Made by a program: the position numbers and the translations under genes. A stretch of 63,350 bases of DNA, the filler included, from Babesia bigemina (Eukaryota), in NCBI RefSeq assembly GCF_000981445.1. It is 9 parts of 9 records of this genome, joined end to end, with 100 filler letters (N's around TTAATTAATTAA, not from the genome) between each part and the next. Parts side by side here need not be neighbours in the genome. Positions count along the whole stretch, not along the records: positions 25,867 to 45,938 come from NW_012237043.1; positions 46,039 to 48,222 come from NW_012237044.1; positions 48,323 to 56,261 come from NW_012237046.1; 6 more parts are not named here. One strand, given 5' to 3'. Positions within the stretch are counted from its first letter, which is position 1. Each line of letters opens with the position of its first letter. The notes beneath the pieces were generated by a model that searched no databases, had not been told where the DNA came from, and saw only the letters and a list, made by a program, of their open reading frames with translations. Positions 40,601 through 50,258 of this stretch are shown piece by piece.

Positions 40601-43507
40601 ATCAAAGAGAAGATCAACAAGTTACAAAGCATTGATTTGAAGAATCTCATTAAGTCGACCGAGGCATTTGCCGGCTTCTCCACAGAGCAATGTGCAAAAG
40701 CAATCGAGGAGCTAGACAAACATGTCAACTCCCAAGTAGAGACTGCCACCGAAAAACTCACCACTCAGGCCAAAAAGCACTACGTCTCCACCCTCAAGAC
40801 TGAGCTGCAAAACTTCACCGCCAGAGTTCAGGGCCACTTGACTGGACTGACGACGATCATTGACAAAGACCTGGTCCAGGGTTACAAGGGGCTCATGAAG
40901 ACTGTGCAGGGCGTTAAGTTTATTGTTGAACACCGAAAGGACGCTGAGTTCGACACGTCGGCAGACACTGCTCTCTTCACTAAACTAAAAGACGCTGTAC
41001 CTGTGCCACCCGGGCAAGAGAAGCTAACCAAAGAACATTTCGAGGCCTTGTCATCAGCGTTCAAACATTACTTCAACAACATCCACGGATACGTCAAGGA
41101 AGAGATTTCGAGGCTGGACAAGCAGTACAAACAAACGCTTAATTACCAGCTAACACATACTGAATCGAAATACCTTGAGAGGCTCTACACCTCCAAACTC
41201 GACGCTGCTAATACCGCACTCAACAACCTACTCGATCACATTAGTAATCACCGCTACGATCACGAAGTGCCCGCCTTGCTCGACAGTCTCTCCACTAAAG
41301 TCGATGGTCTGCACCCCAAGACATTCAATGAGCCGAGCAGTCCGCTGCTTGACGGTATAAGTAAGGGGCTGGGTAAGTTTGCGGCTGAGCTTAGTAAAAC
41401 CTATTTAAACGCTTACGATGGCGCTTCGGATGGCATGGTATTGGTCGACGCAAGAACTACGAAAGTGACCGATGATGGCAAAAGGTGCGCTAAAGTGTGC
41501 CTGTCGCTGCTCTCCATCCTGTATTCCGAGTTCAAGACTATACTGAAGTACTGCGTTGCAAGGTGTAAAAGCGATCAAATAAACATAAACACAGACCTCG
41601 GAAAATATTTCGCCACTCAAGGCTACAAGGTTACCGAGGACGGGAAGAAGCACTGGGAGCTGCAGGACAGTAAAGGCATGACAGGACTATTCATCTGCAA
41701 ACGTATGTTCGGAAGTGATGAACACCACTTGTATTACATTGATAAATCCAAGCAAAACGCACTGGATACACTGCACGACTGTCTCCAGATATATTACCAA
41801 GTCTGCCACGTCGCCACCTTCTCTGCGAGGAAACGTCCATGTAACATATTCGAGATGCTTTGCTGGGTGTCTGGTCTCCCGTGCAATAACGTTTTTGACG
41901 AAATGTTACATGAGACTGTCAGTGAACTATTCGTCGATCCAAGTAAACAGCCTGAAGACGCCGATGGCATCCCCGTCACATATATCAGCGATGAACCCCT
42001 CGCAGCGTACCCACTGTCGATCGCATATGACGACACACGCAGGGCGGTGAAACGCCTGTGTTCGAGATCCCACGATATTCTCACAACAATCGCTGGAACC
42101 GGTGACGCGTACTCCATGTACGCCGTGGACTACTCGACCAATTCGCTGAACTTTCACTACCCATCCAAGGGCGAAGATTGCCTCCAGATGCTATTGGATG
42201 TGCTTCGCAGACTACTACCCTCACTTAAATTTTTGCATACTCAATGCGGCCTAAGCTCTGCATACCACGGCTGGTCCGGCTGTCAGTACGGCAGAGGAGT
42301 CAAACACTCCAATTGGCAATGCGGTGAACATCCCGCCGACGAGTCAACCGATTGCCTACCTAGATCGCCGTTGATGTCGTATCTTCGCGACTGCCTACCC
42401 GGGTGCCTGCCTCACCAGTTGGTTTCAGCGGGGTGTAAGTCCGAGTGTAAAACGTGTCCCAAAAGCCTACCCGGTGCGCCATGTATAACACCACTTGGGT
42501 TCAGAGGTTTCTCTGGAAGCACGAAGACAGGTAAGGACATATGCAATGTGCTGACCAAATTCTTCGACAATTCGAATATTAACACGCTGTTCGGTCTGCT
42601 GCCCAAGCCGCCATCTACATTGCCCGAACACTTCCAATTTGCGTTGACGCTAAGCAGTATGTTAGATCATGGCAAGTCCGCCAGTGATGATGTCAGCTTA
42701 GCTTTTGAAACAAAAACCAAAGCGCTGTCCATCGAGCTATACAAGGAGACAAGCAAACTCACAGGTGCGCTGCAGAATGCATATCGCAACCAAACAGGCC
42801 ACAACAGCTCGGGCCATTCCAAATCCACGGAAGCTGACTTGTGGAGCCTGTCAAGAGAATCATGCAATCTACCTCATGACAGGGATATTCACTGTGCTCC
42901 CTACCTCTGCTCCACATCTTCAGATGCGTACAAGTACCTCGCCAAAAAGCACGCCGATCTCTACCTGTCATGGGCTGTATATCTGCCGTGGACATTCTAC
43001 AGTTACCTTAAATCGTTGCTCGATGCGTTCCAGCAAATTGATTGTGGAGGCTCCGGTTGTACGAAATGTTCGTGCAAGCCGGGTAAGCATGGTGTCGAGT
43101 ACAACTGCAAGTGCAACGCATTGATAAGCTGTCGTGGAGTGATGACTACGTTCTACCAGTACGGATTCACTTTCGGCAACGCAAAAACGCTGTATGGAAC
43201 TAACAGAAAATTCTGCCATAGTTTCCATACGCAACTGAGTAATCTGCTGAAATCGCAATACTTCACCAAATTATTTGAAGAATGTGACAACTTCATCTGG
43301 ACCATCAGAGAACCGTTCACCTATCTAATCCTCGCACTCTGGTCACTGTCCCTCTTCTACCTCATGTGCGTGATGGTTGGCAGACTGGATGTGCTCCACA
43401 TCAGGTCACACCTGAGGATACCGTCGTCGCACAGGATAACGGCGCAGTCATTGTTGGCGGCAGCGCAAGTCGGAAGGCTTGCCAAGATATCGTATCTACA
43501 ACCGTAA
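37652..43507 (+). CDS. ves1: ves1-like variant erythrocyte surface antigen, ~1950 codons, tail class B; leader ATGs out of frame
   Basis: Full domain set, ending GRLAKISYLQP*. The ORF-track start is TTG. Two tandem leaders (ATG 37446 and 37578) are in a different frame. Confidence 0.9.
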   Translation: MQDIDSKLISLGHLAGQLGGFVGESESVKKAVKNAIIACFDTNSDLKNDLKHLYSSLVTTLSESVNSAGLSVDTRKISELSQRVTQEINDINQRINSPNNLNNLPSSPSPSAELDKLQSKLQALKEVEELCGFLTNRNNASNEPKKLLENLCSGLETFLGFNSASKGYDGQGIVYSDLDRLCDGVMGFLYQVLKDVSEKQPYKVGRDILIKLIDEQIKPKLSTGREGFKVIEQVAEKVGEYNGLVEQSNETVKNKITNLDEQMEQVKKDVNETYPTKNDNDEEPNADKIEKSKNEVTQTVKKCQQLASTFRREILNFKDKIKDLGHEANEQINKARDNVEREGQRLGRVQKNEENEFKEMEKRIREKLEELGGSVKKQISCNVTELVDKLKKAVQNIKTDIVRISKLLTSYVLELEGWMKEAKRFIDGVMQNQVKAVRDEVAWDESGKSEKRWNQIENAATELRKKAQKLFEAGEEAKKSVQETVRLALQQVMTMNDALKTDLFTVKGKIKAAVMALGKTLETYVKDGLWKIEDPINKQVDEIVRSSSDFLTKFEATKGALEKALEIVAGDLQTIWSLTEFEKIKGTYNRTVQAPLLEAIGTRDIFSDLKTYFNNVNAQLVQNVRDALEGMGKNWQSAFKYTIEAESIQAIRKLVTHSSAPPTLDTAALQKYGIDISKNVRKLDLTNNVTNMKKVIDNLEKYHTLDKVDLENIFKELAQITQTVSSHSKTVVEEVIKAMQRNVKLEVETVADFVKDKIVNMRNGVEFNQHDREFDYGGGGAKANVRSFPILVTQYQDIDRKLLQLKNDVIPQAFKKNPPGSKDPMTYTFGEQLMKDFKKTYDDNFTHGDIKTGGGAGRTSVLDEEVGGQIMTGTGNDNKIANFAEKNFSEYIKIVTQDSVSAAVGDPTQLDGALPIKIKEIQEQVATVALASIDQLNEQAETQFREVTSTLSQLCGAVQRSLKDVNFFLNNFKEGQIGEKLEAIKEKINKLQSIDLKNLIKSTEAFAGFSTEQCAKAIEELDKHVNSQVETATEKLTTQAKKHYVSTLKTELQNFTARVQGHLTGLTTIIDKDLVQGYKGLMKTVQGVKFIVEHRKDAEFDTSADTALFTKLKDAVPVPPGQEKLTKEHFEALSSAFKHYFNNIHGYVKEEISRLDKQYKQTLNYQLTHTESKYLERLYTSKLDAANTALNNLLDHISNHRYDHEVPALLDSLSTKVDGLHPKTFNEPSSPLLDGISKGLGKFAAELSKTYLNAYDGASDGMVLVDARTTKVTDDGKRCAKVCLSLLSILYSEFKTILKYCVARCKSDQININTDLGKYFATQGYKVTEDGKKHWELQDSKGMTGLFICKRMFGSDEHHLYYIDKSKQNALDTLHDCLQIYYQVCHVATFSARKRPCNIFEMLCWVSGLPCNNVFDEMLHETVSELFVDPSKQPEDADGIPVTYISDEPLAAYPLSIAYDDTRRAVKRLCSRSHDILTTIAGTGDAYSMYAVDYSTNSLNFHYPSKGEDCLQMLLDVLRRLLPSLKFLHTQCGLSSAYHGWSGCQYGRGVKHSNWQCGEHPADESTDCLPRSPLMSYLRDCLPGCLPHQLVSAGCKSECKTCPKSLPGAPCITPLGFRGFSGSTKTGKDICNVLTKFFDNSNINTLFGLLPKPPSTLPEHFQFALTLSSMLDHGKSASDDVSLAFETKTKALSIELYKETSKLTGALQNAYRNQTGHNSSGHSKSTEADLWSLSRESCNLPHDRDIHCAPYLCSTSSDAYKYLAKKHADLYLSWAVYLPWTFYSYLKSLLDAFQQIDCGGSGCTKCSCKPGKHGVEYNCKCNALISCRGVMTTFYQYGFTFGNAKTLYGTNRKFCHSFHTQLSNLLKSQYFTKLFEECDNFIWTIREPFTYLILALWSLSLFYLMCVMVGRLDVLHIRSHLRIPSSHRITAQSLLAAAQVGRLAKISYLQP

Positions 43508-43653
43508 TTGTATTCACATCTGTAACTCACAGCAACTCACGTAACAACTCACCTACTCACCTAACTGACAAACGTAGTCTAATGTCTCGAATTACTCTAG
43601 CGGCAACCTGTGAACTAGATAGCGTTGAAATTAAGTGATGACTCAAAGACAAT

Positions 43654-44438
43654 GCAAAGTGCTAACCTAGCAACCAGGCAAAGTGTTGACCTAGCACCCA
43701 GGCAAAGTGCTAAGCTGGCGACCAGGCAAAGTGCTAACCTAGCAACCAGGCAAAGTGTTGACCTAGCACCCAGGCAACGTGTTGACCTAGCAACCAGGCA
43801 ACGTGCTAAGCTAGCAACCAGGCAACGTGGTGACCTAGCACACGGGCAAAGTGTTGACCTAGCACACGGGCAACGTGGTGACCTAGCAACCAGGCAAAGT
43901 GGTGACCTAGCAACCAGGCAAAGTGTTGACCTAGCAACCAGGCTAAGTGGTAAGGTAGCACACGGGCAACGTGGTGACCTAGCAACCAGGCAACGTGTTG
44001 ACCTAGCACACAGGTTAGGTGCTAACCTAGCACACAGGTTAGGTGCTAACCTAGCATCCAGGCAAAGTGCTGAGCTAGCATCCAGGCAAAGTGCTGAGCT
44101 AGCATCCAGGCTAAGTGCTAAGCTGGCAACCAGGCTAAGTGCTAAGCAAGCACCCAGGCAAAGTGTTGACCTAGCACCCAGGCTAAGTGCTAAGCTAGCA
44201 CCCAGACTAAGTGCTAACCTAGCAACCAGGCAAAGTGCTAAGCTGGCAACCAGGCAACGTGGTAACCTAGCATCCGGGCTAAGTGCTAAGCTAGCACACA
44301 GGCAAAGTGTTAAGCTAGCACCCAGGCAAAGTGCTAACCTAGCAACCAGGCTAAGTGGTAACCTAGCACCCAAGTAACGTGTTGACCTAACAACCAGGCA
44401 AAGTGGTAAGCTAGCACACAGGCAAAGTGGTAAGCTGG
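43654..44438 (+). repeat. 24-bp tandem repeat (CAAAGTGCTAACCTAGCAACCAGG)
   Basis: 24-nt periodicity, ~32 units. Confidence 0.95.
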
Positions 44439-44940
44439 CGGATGAACCGTAATTTGGTTGTTGCGTTGAGTTGTGCGTTGACTGTGAGAGGTGTCCGCGT
44501 TGCCCATTGAGTCAGTGTCACGTGAGGCTGGGTGATTGGTCGCTAACGTAGGCGGTCGTGATGGCCGCGGCGGGTGACCCAAGCCGTGTGTTGCGAGTCA
44601 CTGGCAGGGTGGCGTAATCTGCGTTGGCCTCGTTAAGTAGCATTTATAGGCGTCAATGTAGCGATCGTTAATATCACATTTAGGCACGTAGCGGACACAC
44701 TCCGCCAGTATGGCGCCGATACCGCGGCTCGTAGCACGGTGCTGCTGCACTGTGGGAGTTGAGCGCACGGAGTCGCTGCAATTTTTATGGCGTTGCGAAT
44801 AGTGAATAATTTGAAGTGACAGTTGGTGCCGATCACATGCGTCGCGTCAGGCGCAGCTGTGGTATCCTGGGCAGCGTGGGTGTCGGAGCCCGGGCTGGGG
44901 GGATACAGCGGTGAGGGTGCGTGTTGATGAGGGGACTGGG
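44439..44940. promoter_or_regulatory. Conserved ~500-bp block, copy 2
   Basis: Aligns by eye with 33638-34135. Confidence 0.45.
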
Positions 44941-45700
44941 CGCGATGTAAGGTGGATAAAGGGGCGATGTGGAGTGGGTTAGGGAGCGATGTAGAGTGGG
45001 TTAAGGGGCGATGTGGAGTGGGTTAGGGAGCGATGTGGAGTGGGTTAGGGAGCGATGTGGAGTGGGTAAAGGAGCGGCGATGACATGGTCACGGCAGCGA
45101 TGTCATGGTCACGGCAGCGATGACATGGCTACAGCAGCGATGACATGGTCACGGCAGCGATGACACGGTCACGGCAGCGATGACATGGTTACGGCAGCGA
45201 TGACATGGTTACGGCAGCGATGACATGGTCACGGCAGCGATGACACGGTCACGGCAGCGATGACATGGTTACGGCAGCGATGTCTTGGTTACGGCAGCGA
45301 TGTCTTGGTTACGGCAGCGATGACATAGTTACGGCAGCGATGACATGGTTACGACAGCGATGACATGGTCACGGCAGCGATGACATGGTTACGACAGCGA
45401 TGACATGGTCACGGCAGCGATGACATCAACACGGCAGCGACGACATGGACACGGCAGCGATGACATGGTCACGGCAGCGATGTCATGGTCACGGCAGCGA
45501 TGACATGGCTACAGCAGCGATGACATGGTCACGGCAGCGATGACACGGTCACGGCAGCGATGACACGGTCACGGCAGCGATGACATGGTTGAGGCAGCGA
45601 TGACATGGTTGAGGCAGCGATGACATGGTTGAGGCAGCGATGTCATGGTCACGGCAGCGATGTCTTGGTTACGGCAGCGATGTCTTGGTTACGGCGGTGA
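44941..45700 (+). repeat. G-rich-strand 22-bp units (44941-45075) fused directly to a long 20-bp array (45076-45700)
   Basis: Junction reads GGAGTGGGTAAAGGAGCG-GCGATGACATGGTCAC. Confidence 0.9.
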
Positions 45701-45729
45701 TGAAGAGGTCGGTTCGGGGGTGATGTAGT

Positions 45730-45910
45730 GGGTCAGCACGTGGGATATGGAATTGGTCAGCACGTTGGTCATGGCATTGGTCAGCACGTTGCTTGGTCTT
45801 TTAGTCATCACCTAATCTAAACGTTATCAAGTTCACAGGTTTCCGCTAGAGTAATTCGAGACATTAGACTACGTTTGGCGGTAAGGTGAGTAGGTGAGAT
45901 GTTACGTGCG
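45730..45910 (-). other. Inverted class B ves 3' flank plus a few 12-bp units
   Basis: 45795-45910 is a diverged reverse complement of ~43540-43650. GGTCAGCAC units lie at 45730-45790. Confidence 0.75.
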
Positions 45911-46040
45911 TAGCTGGAATGCACGTGGATCTTGATCCNNNNNNNNNNNNNNNNNNNNNNNNNNNNNNNNNNNNNNNNNNNNTTAATTAATTAANNNNNN
46001 NNNNNNNNNNNNNNNNNNNNNNNNNNNNNNNNNNNNNNTA

Positions 46041-46638
46041 CATCCAGGCAAATGCTAAGCTAGCAACCAGGCAAAGTGCTAAGCTAGCACACAGGCAAAG
46101 TGGTAAGCTAGCAACCAGGCTAAGTCCTAAGCTAGCACACAGGCTAAGTCCTAAGCTAGCAACCAAGCAAAGTGCTAAGCTAGCACACAGGCTAAGTCCT
46201 AAGCTAGCAACCAGGCAAAGTGCTAACCCAGCAACCAGGCAACGTGTTAACCTAGCAACCAGGCTAAGTGCTAAGCTAGCAACTAGGCAAAGTGCTAACC
46301 TAGCACGCTGGCAAAGTGTTGACCTAGCACCCAGGCTAAGTGCTAAGCTGGCACACAGGCAACGTGTTGACCTAGCAACCAGGCTAAGTGGTAAGCAAGC
46401 AACCGGGCAACGTGCTAACCTAGCAACCAGGCAAAGTGATAAGCTAGCAACCAGGCAAAGTGATGAGCTAGCAACCAGGCAAAGTGTTGAGCTAGCACAC
46501 AGGCAATGTGTTAACCTAGCAACCAGGCAACGTGTTGACCTAGCAACCAGGCTAAGTGCTAACCTAGCACCCAGGCAACGTGTTGACCTAGCAACCAGGC
46601 AAAGTGCTGACCTAGCAACCAGGCAAAGTGTAAAGCTG
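46041..46638 (+). repeat. 24-bp tandem repeat
   Basis: Same unit as 43654-44438. Confidence 0.95.
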
Positions 46639-47157
46639 GCGGATGAACCGTGATTTGGTAGTTGTTGTAGCACGTTGATTGCCTGGTGCGTTGAGTTACG
46701 CGTTGACTGTGAGAGGTGTCCGCGTTGCCCATTGAGTGAGTGTCACGTGAGGCTGGGTGATTGGTCGCTAACGTAGGCGGTCGTGAGGGCCGCGGCGGGT
46801 GACCTAAGTCGTGTGCTGCGAGTCACTGGCAGGGTGGCGTAATCCGCGCCGGCCTGGTTAAGTAGCATTTATAGGCAGCAATGTAGCGATCGTTAATATC
46901 ACATTTAGGCACGTAGCCGACACGCTCCGCAAGCATGGCGCCGATACCGCGGCTCGTAGCACGGTGCTGCTGCACTGTGGGAGTTGAGCGCACGGGGTTC
47001 GCTGCAATTTTAATGGCGTTGCGAATAGTGAATAATTTAGAGTGACAGTTGATGCTAGTCACATGCGTCGCGTCAGCCGCAGCTGTGGTATCCCGGGCAG
47101 CTTGGGTGTCGGTGGCCTGGGCTGGGGGGACACAGGGGTGAGAGTAGGTGGTGATGA
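46639..47157. promoter_or_regulatory. Conserved ~500-bp block, copy 3
   Basis: Aligns by eye with 33638-34135. Confidence 0.45.
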
Positions 47158-47995
47158 GGGGACTGGGCGCGGCAGTGGTAGTGTTGCAGTTGGTGAGTGC
47201 TGCTTGAGTGATTGATATGTTTGCAGGTTGAGGGGACTGGGCGCGGCAGTGGTACGTGTTGCAGTAGGTGAGTGCTGCTTGAGTGAGTGATAAGTTTGCA
47301 GGTTGAGGGGACTGGGAGCGGCAGTGTACGTGTTGCAGTAGGTGAGTGCTGCTTGAGTGATTGATATGGTTGCAGGTTGAGGGGACTGGTAGCGGCAGTG
47401 GTAGTGTTGCAATTGGTGAGTGCTTGCTAGGTGATTGATATGTTTGCAGGTTGAGGGGACTGGGCGCGGCAGTGTACGTGTTGTAGTTGGTGAGTGCGTT
47501 GCTAGGTGATTGATATGCTTGCAGGCTGAGGGGACTGGGAGCGGCAGTGGTAGTGTTGCAGTAGGTGAGTGCTGCTTAGGTGATTGATATGTCTGCAGGT
47601 TGAGGGACTGGGAGTGGGAGTGGTACGTGTAGTAGTTGGTGAGTGCTGCTTAGGTGATTGATATGCTTGCAGGTTGAGTGGACTGGGCGCGGCAGTGTAC
47701 GTGTTGCAGTTGGTGAGTGCGTTGCTTAGTGATTGATGTGTCTGCAGGCTGAGGGGACTGGGCGCGGCAGTGGTACGTGTTGCAGTTGGTGAGTGCTGCT
47801 TGAGTGACTGATATGTTCGCAGGTTGAGGGGACTGGAAGCGGCAGTGGTAGTGTTGCAGTCGGTGAGTGCGTTGCTTAGTGATTGATATGTCTGCAGGTT
47901 GAGGGGACTGGAAGCGGCAGTGGTAGTGTTGCAGTCGGTGAGTGCGTTGCTTAGTGATTGATATGTCTGCAGGTTGAGGGGACTGGGAGGGGAGC
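47158..47995 (+). repeat. 74-75-bp tandem repeat, ~11 units
   Basis: Same unit as 34136-34895. Confidence 0.92.
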
Positions 47996-48001
47996 GGGAA
48001 G

Positions 48002-48222
48002 ATGTCAGGTTTTGGGAAGCCGTGTACTTGTGTTACGACGTGTAAGTATACTAATTGTATCTGCTGTCCATGGTGTTGTGAAGTATGTAGTAAAGACATT
48101 TATTACGGTTGCAATTTATGTGCGACATATTCTTATGTGAACCGGCTTAGGAAGCGATGTGATTATAAAGGATGTCAAAAGCAAAAAAACAAATGCCCCA
48201 ACCCTGCAAAATGTGAATGTGA
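48002..48222 (+). CDS. Cys-rich protein paralog, 5' part (cut by gap)
   Basis: MSGFGKPCTCVTTCKYTNCICCPWCCEVCSKDIYYGC versus MSGFGQRCSCPTLCQYTNCTCCPWCCEICSEDIYYGC at 34900. Confidence 0.75.
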
Positions 48223-48322
48223 NNNNNNNNNNNNNNNNNNNNNNNNNNNNNNNNNNNNNNNNNNNNTTAATTAATTAANNNNNNNNNNNNNNNNNNNNNN
48301 NNNNNNNNNNNNNNNNNNNNNN

Positions 48323-48515
48323 ATTTTAGCGATAATAGCATTCTTAACGGCTTTCTTAACACTGTCACTTTGACCAACAAATCCTCCAAGTTGGCCAGCC
48401 AGGTGACCAAGGCTAATGAGCTTGGAGTCAATGTCATTCAAGGCTCTTATAGTAGCATCGTCAGTGAGAAAATGGTCACTATCAACAAGTTATTAGGATG
48501 GTTTAAAGAGGTCAT
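48323..48515 (-). pseudogene. ves1: ves1-like 5' fragment with out-of-frame leader (cut by gap)
   Basis: Leader ATGACCTCTTTAAACCATCCTAATAACTTG, then DIDSKLISLGHLAGQLGGFVG in another frame. Confidence 0.7.
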
Positions 48516-48542
48516 AGCGTTAATAAGACAAGGTAATTCGAG

Positions 48543-49678
48543 GGATGTGGAGTGGGTAAAGGGGCGATGTAGAGTGGGTTAAGGAGCGATGTAGAGTGGG
48601 TTAAGGGGCGATGTAGAGTGGATAAGGGAGCGATGTAGCGTGGGTTAGGGAGCGATGTAGAGTGGGTAAAGGAGCGATGTAGAGTGGGTAAAGGGGCGAT
48701 GTGGAGTGGGTAAAGGGGCGATGTAGAGTGGATAAAGGGGCGATGTGGAGTGGGTTAGGGAGCGATGTACAGTGGATTAGGGAGCGATGTTGAGTGGGTA
48801 AGGGAGCGATGTAGAGTGGATTAAGGAGCGATGTAGCATGGGTAAAGGGGCGATGTAGAGTGGATAAAGGAGCGATGTAGAGTGGGTTAAGGGGCGATGT
48901 AGAGTGGGTTAAGGGGCGATGTAGAGTGGATAAAGGGGCGATGTAGAGTGGGTAAGGGGCGATGTAGAGTGGATTAGGGAGCGATGTAGAGTGGGTAAAG
49001 GGGCGATGTAGAGTGGGTTAAGGGGCGATGTAGAGTGGATAAAGGAGCGATGTAGAGTGGATAAAGGAGCGATGTAGAGTGGGTTAAGGAGCGATGTAGA
49101 GTGGGTTAGGGAGCGATGTAGAGTGGGTTAGGGAGCGATGTAGAGTGGATAAAGGGGCGATGTGGAGTGGGTAAAGGAGCGATGGAGAGTGGGTAAAGGG
49201 GCGATGAAGAGTGGGTAAAGGGGCGATTAGAGGAGGTTAAGGAGCGATGTGGAGTGGGTTAAGGAGCGATGTGGAGTGGATAAAGGGGCGATGTAGAGTG
49301 GATAAAGGGGCGATGTGGAGTGGATTAGGGAGCGATGTGGAGTGGGTAAGGGAGCGATGTAGAGTGGATAAGGGAGCGATGTAGAGTGGATAAGGGAGCG
49401 ATGTGGAGTGGGTAAAGGGGCGATGTAGAGTGGGTTAGGGAGCGATGTAGAGTGGATAAAGGGGCGATGTGGAGTGGGTAAAGGAGCGATGTGGAGTGGG
49501 TAAAGGGGCGATGTAGAGTGGAGTAAGGGGCGATGAAGAGTGGATAAAGGGGCGATGAAGAGTGGATAAAGGGGCGATGTGTAGTGGATTATGGAGCGAT
49601 GTGGAGTGGATAAAGGGGCGATGTAGAGTGGATAGAGGAGCGATGTAGAGTGGATAAAGGGGCGGTGTGGAGTGGATA
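48543..49678 (-). repeat. 22-bp minisatellite
   Basis: G-rich on the + strand, upstream of a minus-strand ves. Confidence 0.97.
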
Positions 49679-49691
49679 ATAATCACCACTT

Positions 49692-50134
49692 GTGACCATG
49701 TCACCGCTGCCGTGACCATGCCATCGCTGCCGTGACCATGTCATCGCTGCCGTGACCATGTCATCGCTGCCGTGACCAGACATCGCTGCCGTGACCATGA
49801 CATCGCTGCCGTGACCATCAACTTGGTCAGTTGCTAGGTCACCACATTGGTCACCCCTTTGGTCAGCACTTTGGTCACCCCTTTGGTCAGCACTTTGGTC
49901 ACCCCTTTGGTCAGCACTTTGGTCAGCACATTGGTCACCACCTTGGTCACCACTCTGGTCAACACTTTGGTCAGCACCTTGGTCAGCACCTTGGTCAACA
50001 CGTTGGTCACCACTTTGGTCATGGCATTGGTCAGCACGTTGGTCAACACGTTGGTCAGCACTTTGGTCAGCTCTCTGGTCATAGCATTGGTCAGCACGTT
50101 GGTCAACACTTTGGGCAGCATCTTGGTCAACACA
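49692..50134 (-). repeat. 20-bp array (49692-49818) and 12-bp array (49823-50134)
   Basis: Reverse complements of the canonical units, in mirror order. Confidence 0.95.
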
Positions 50135-50258
50135 TTAGTTAACTATTACACAATCACATACAACGATTAATGAGTGATACAACAGATTAAACATCAATTC
50201 ATTGATTAGGTGAGTAGGTGATGCTAGGTGAGTGTAGGCAGTAAACACGTGAGTACGA

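Noticed and set aside
43615..44377. 250-aa ORFs on both strands (LATRQSAN / CLVARL repeats), also 45987-46673
   Set aside because: Translation of the 24-bp satellite. Copy number varies from ~5 to ~32 between loci and there is no unique coding flank.
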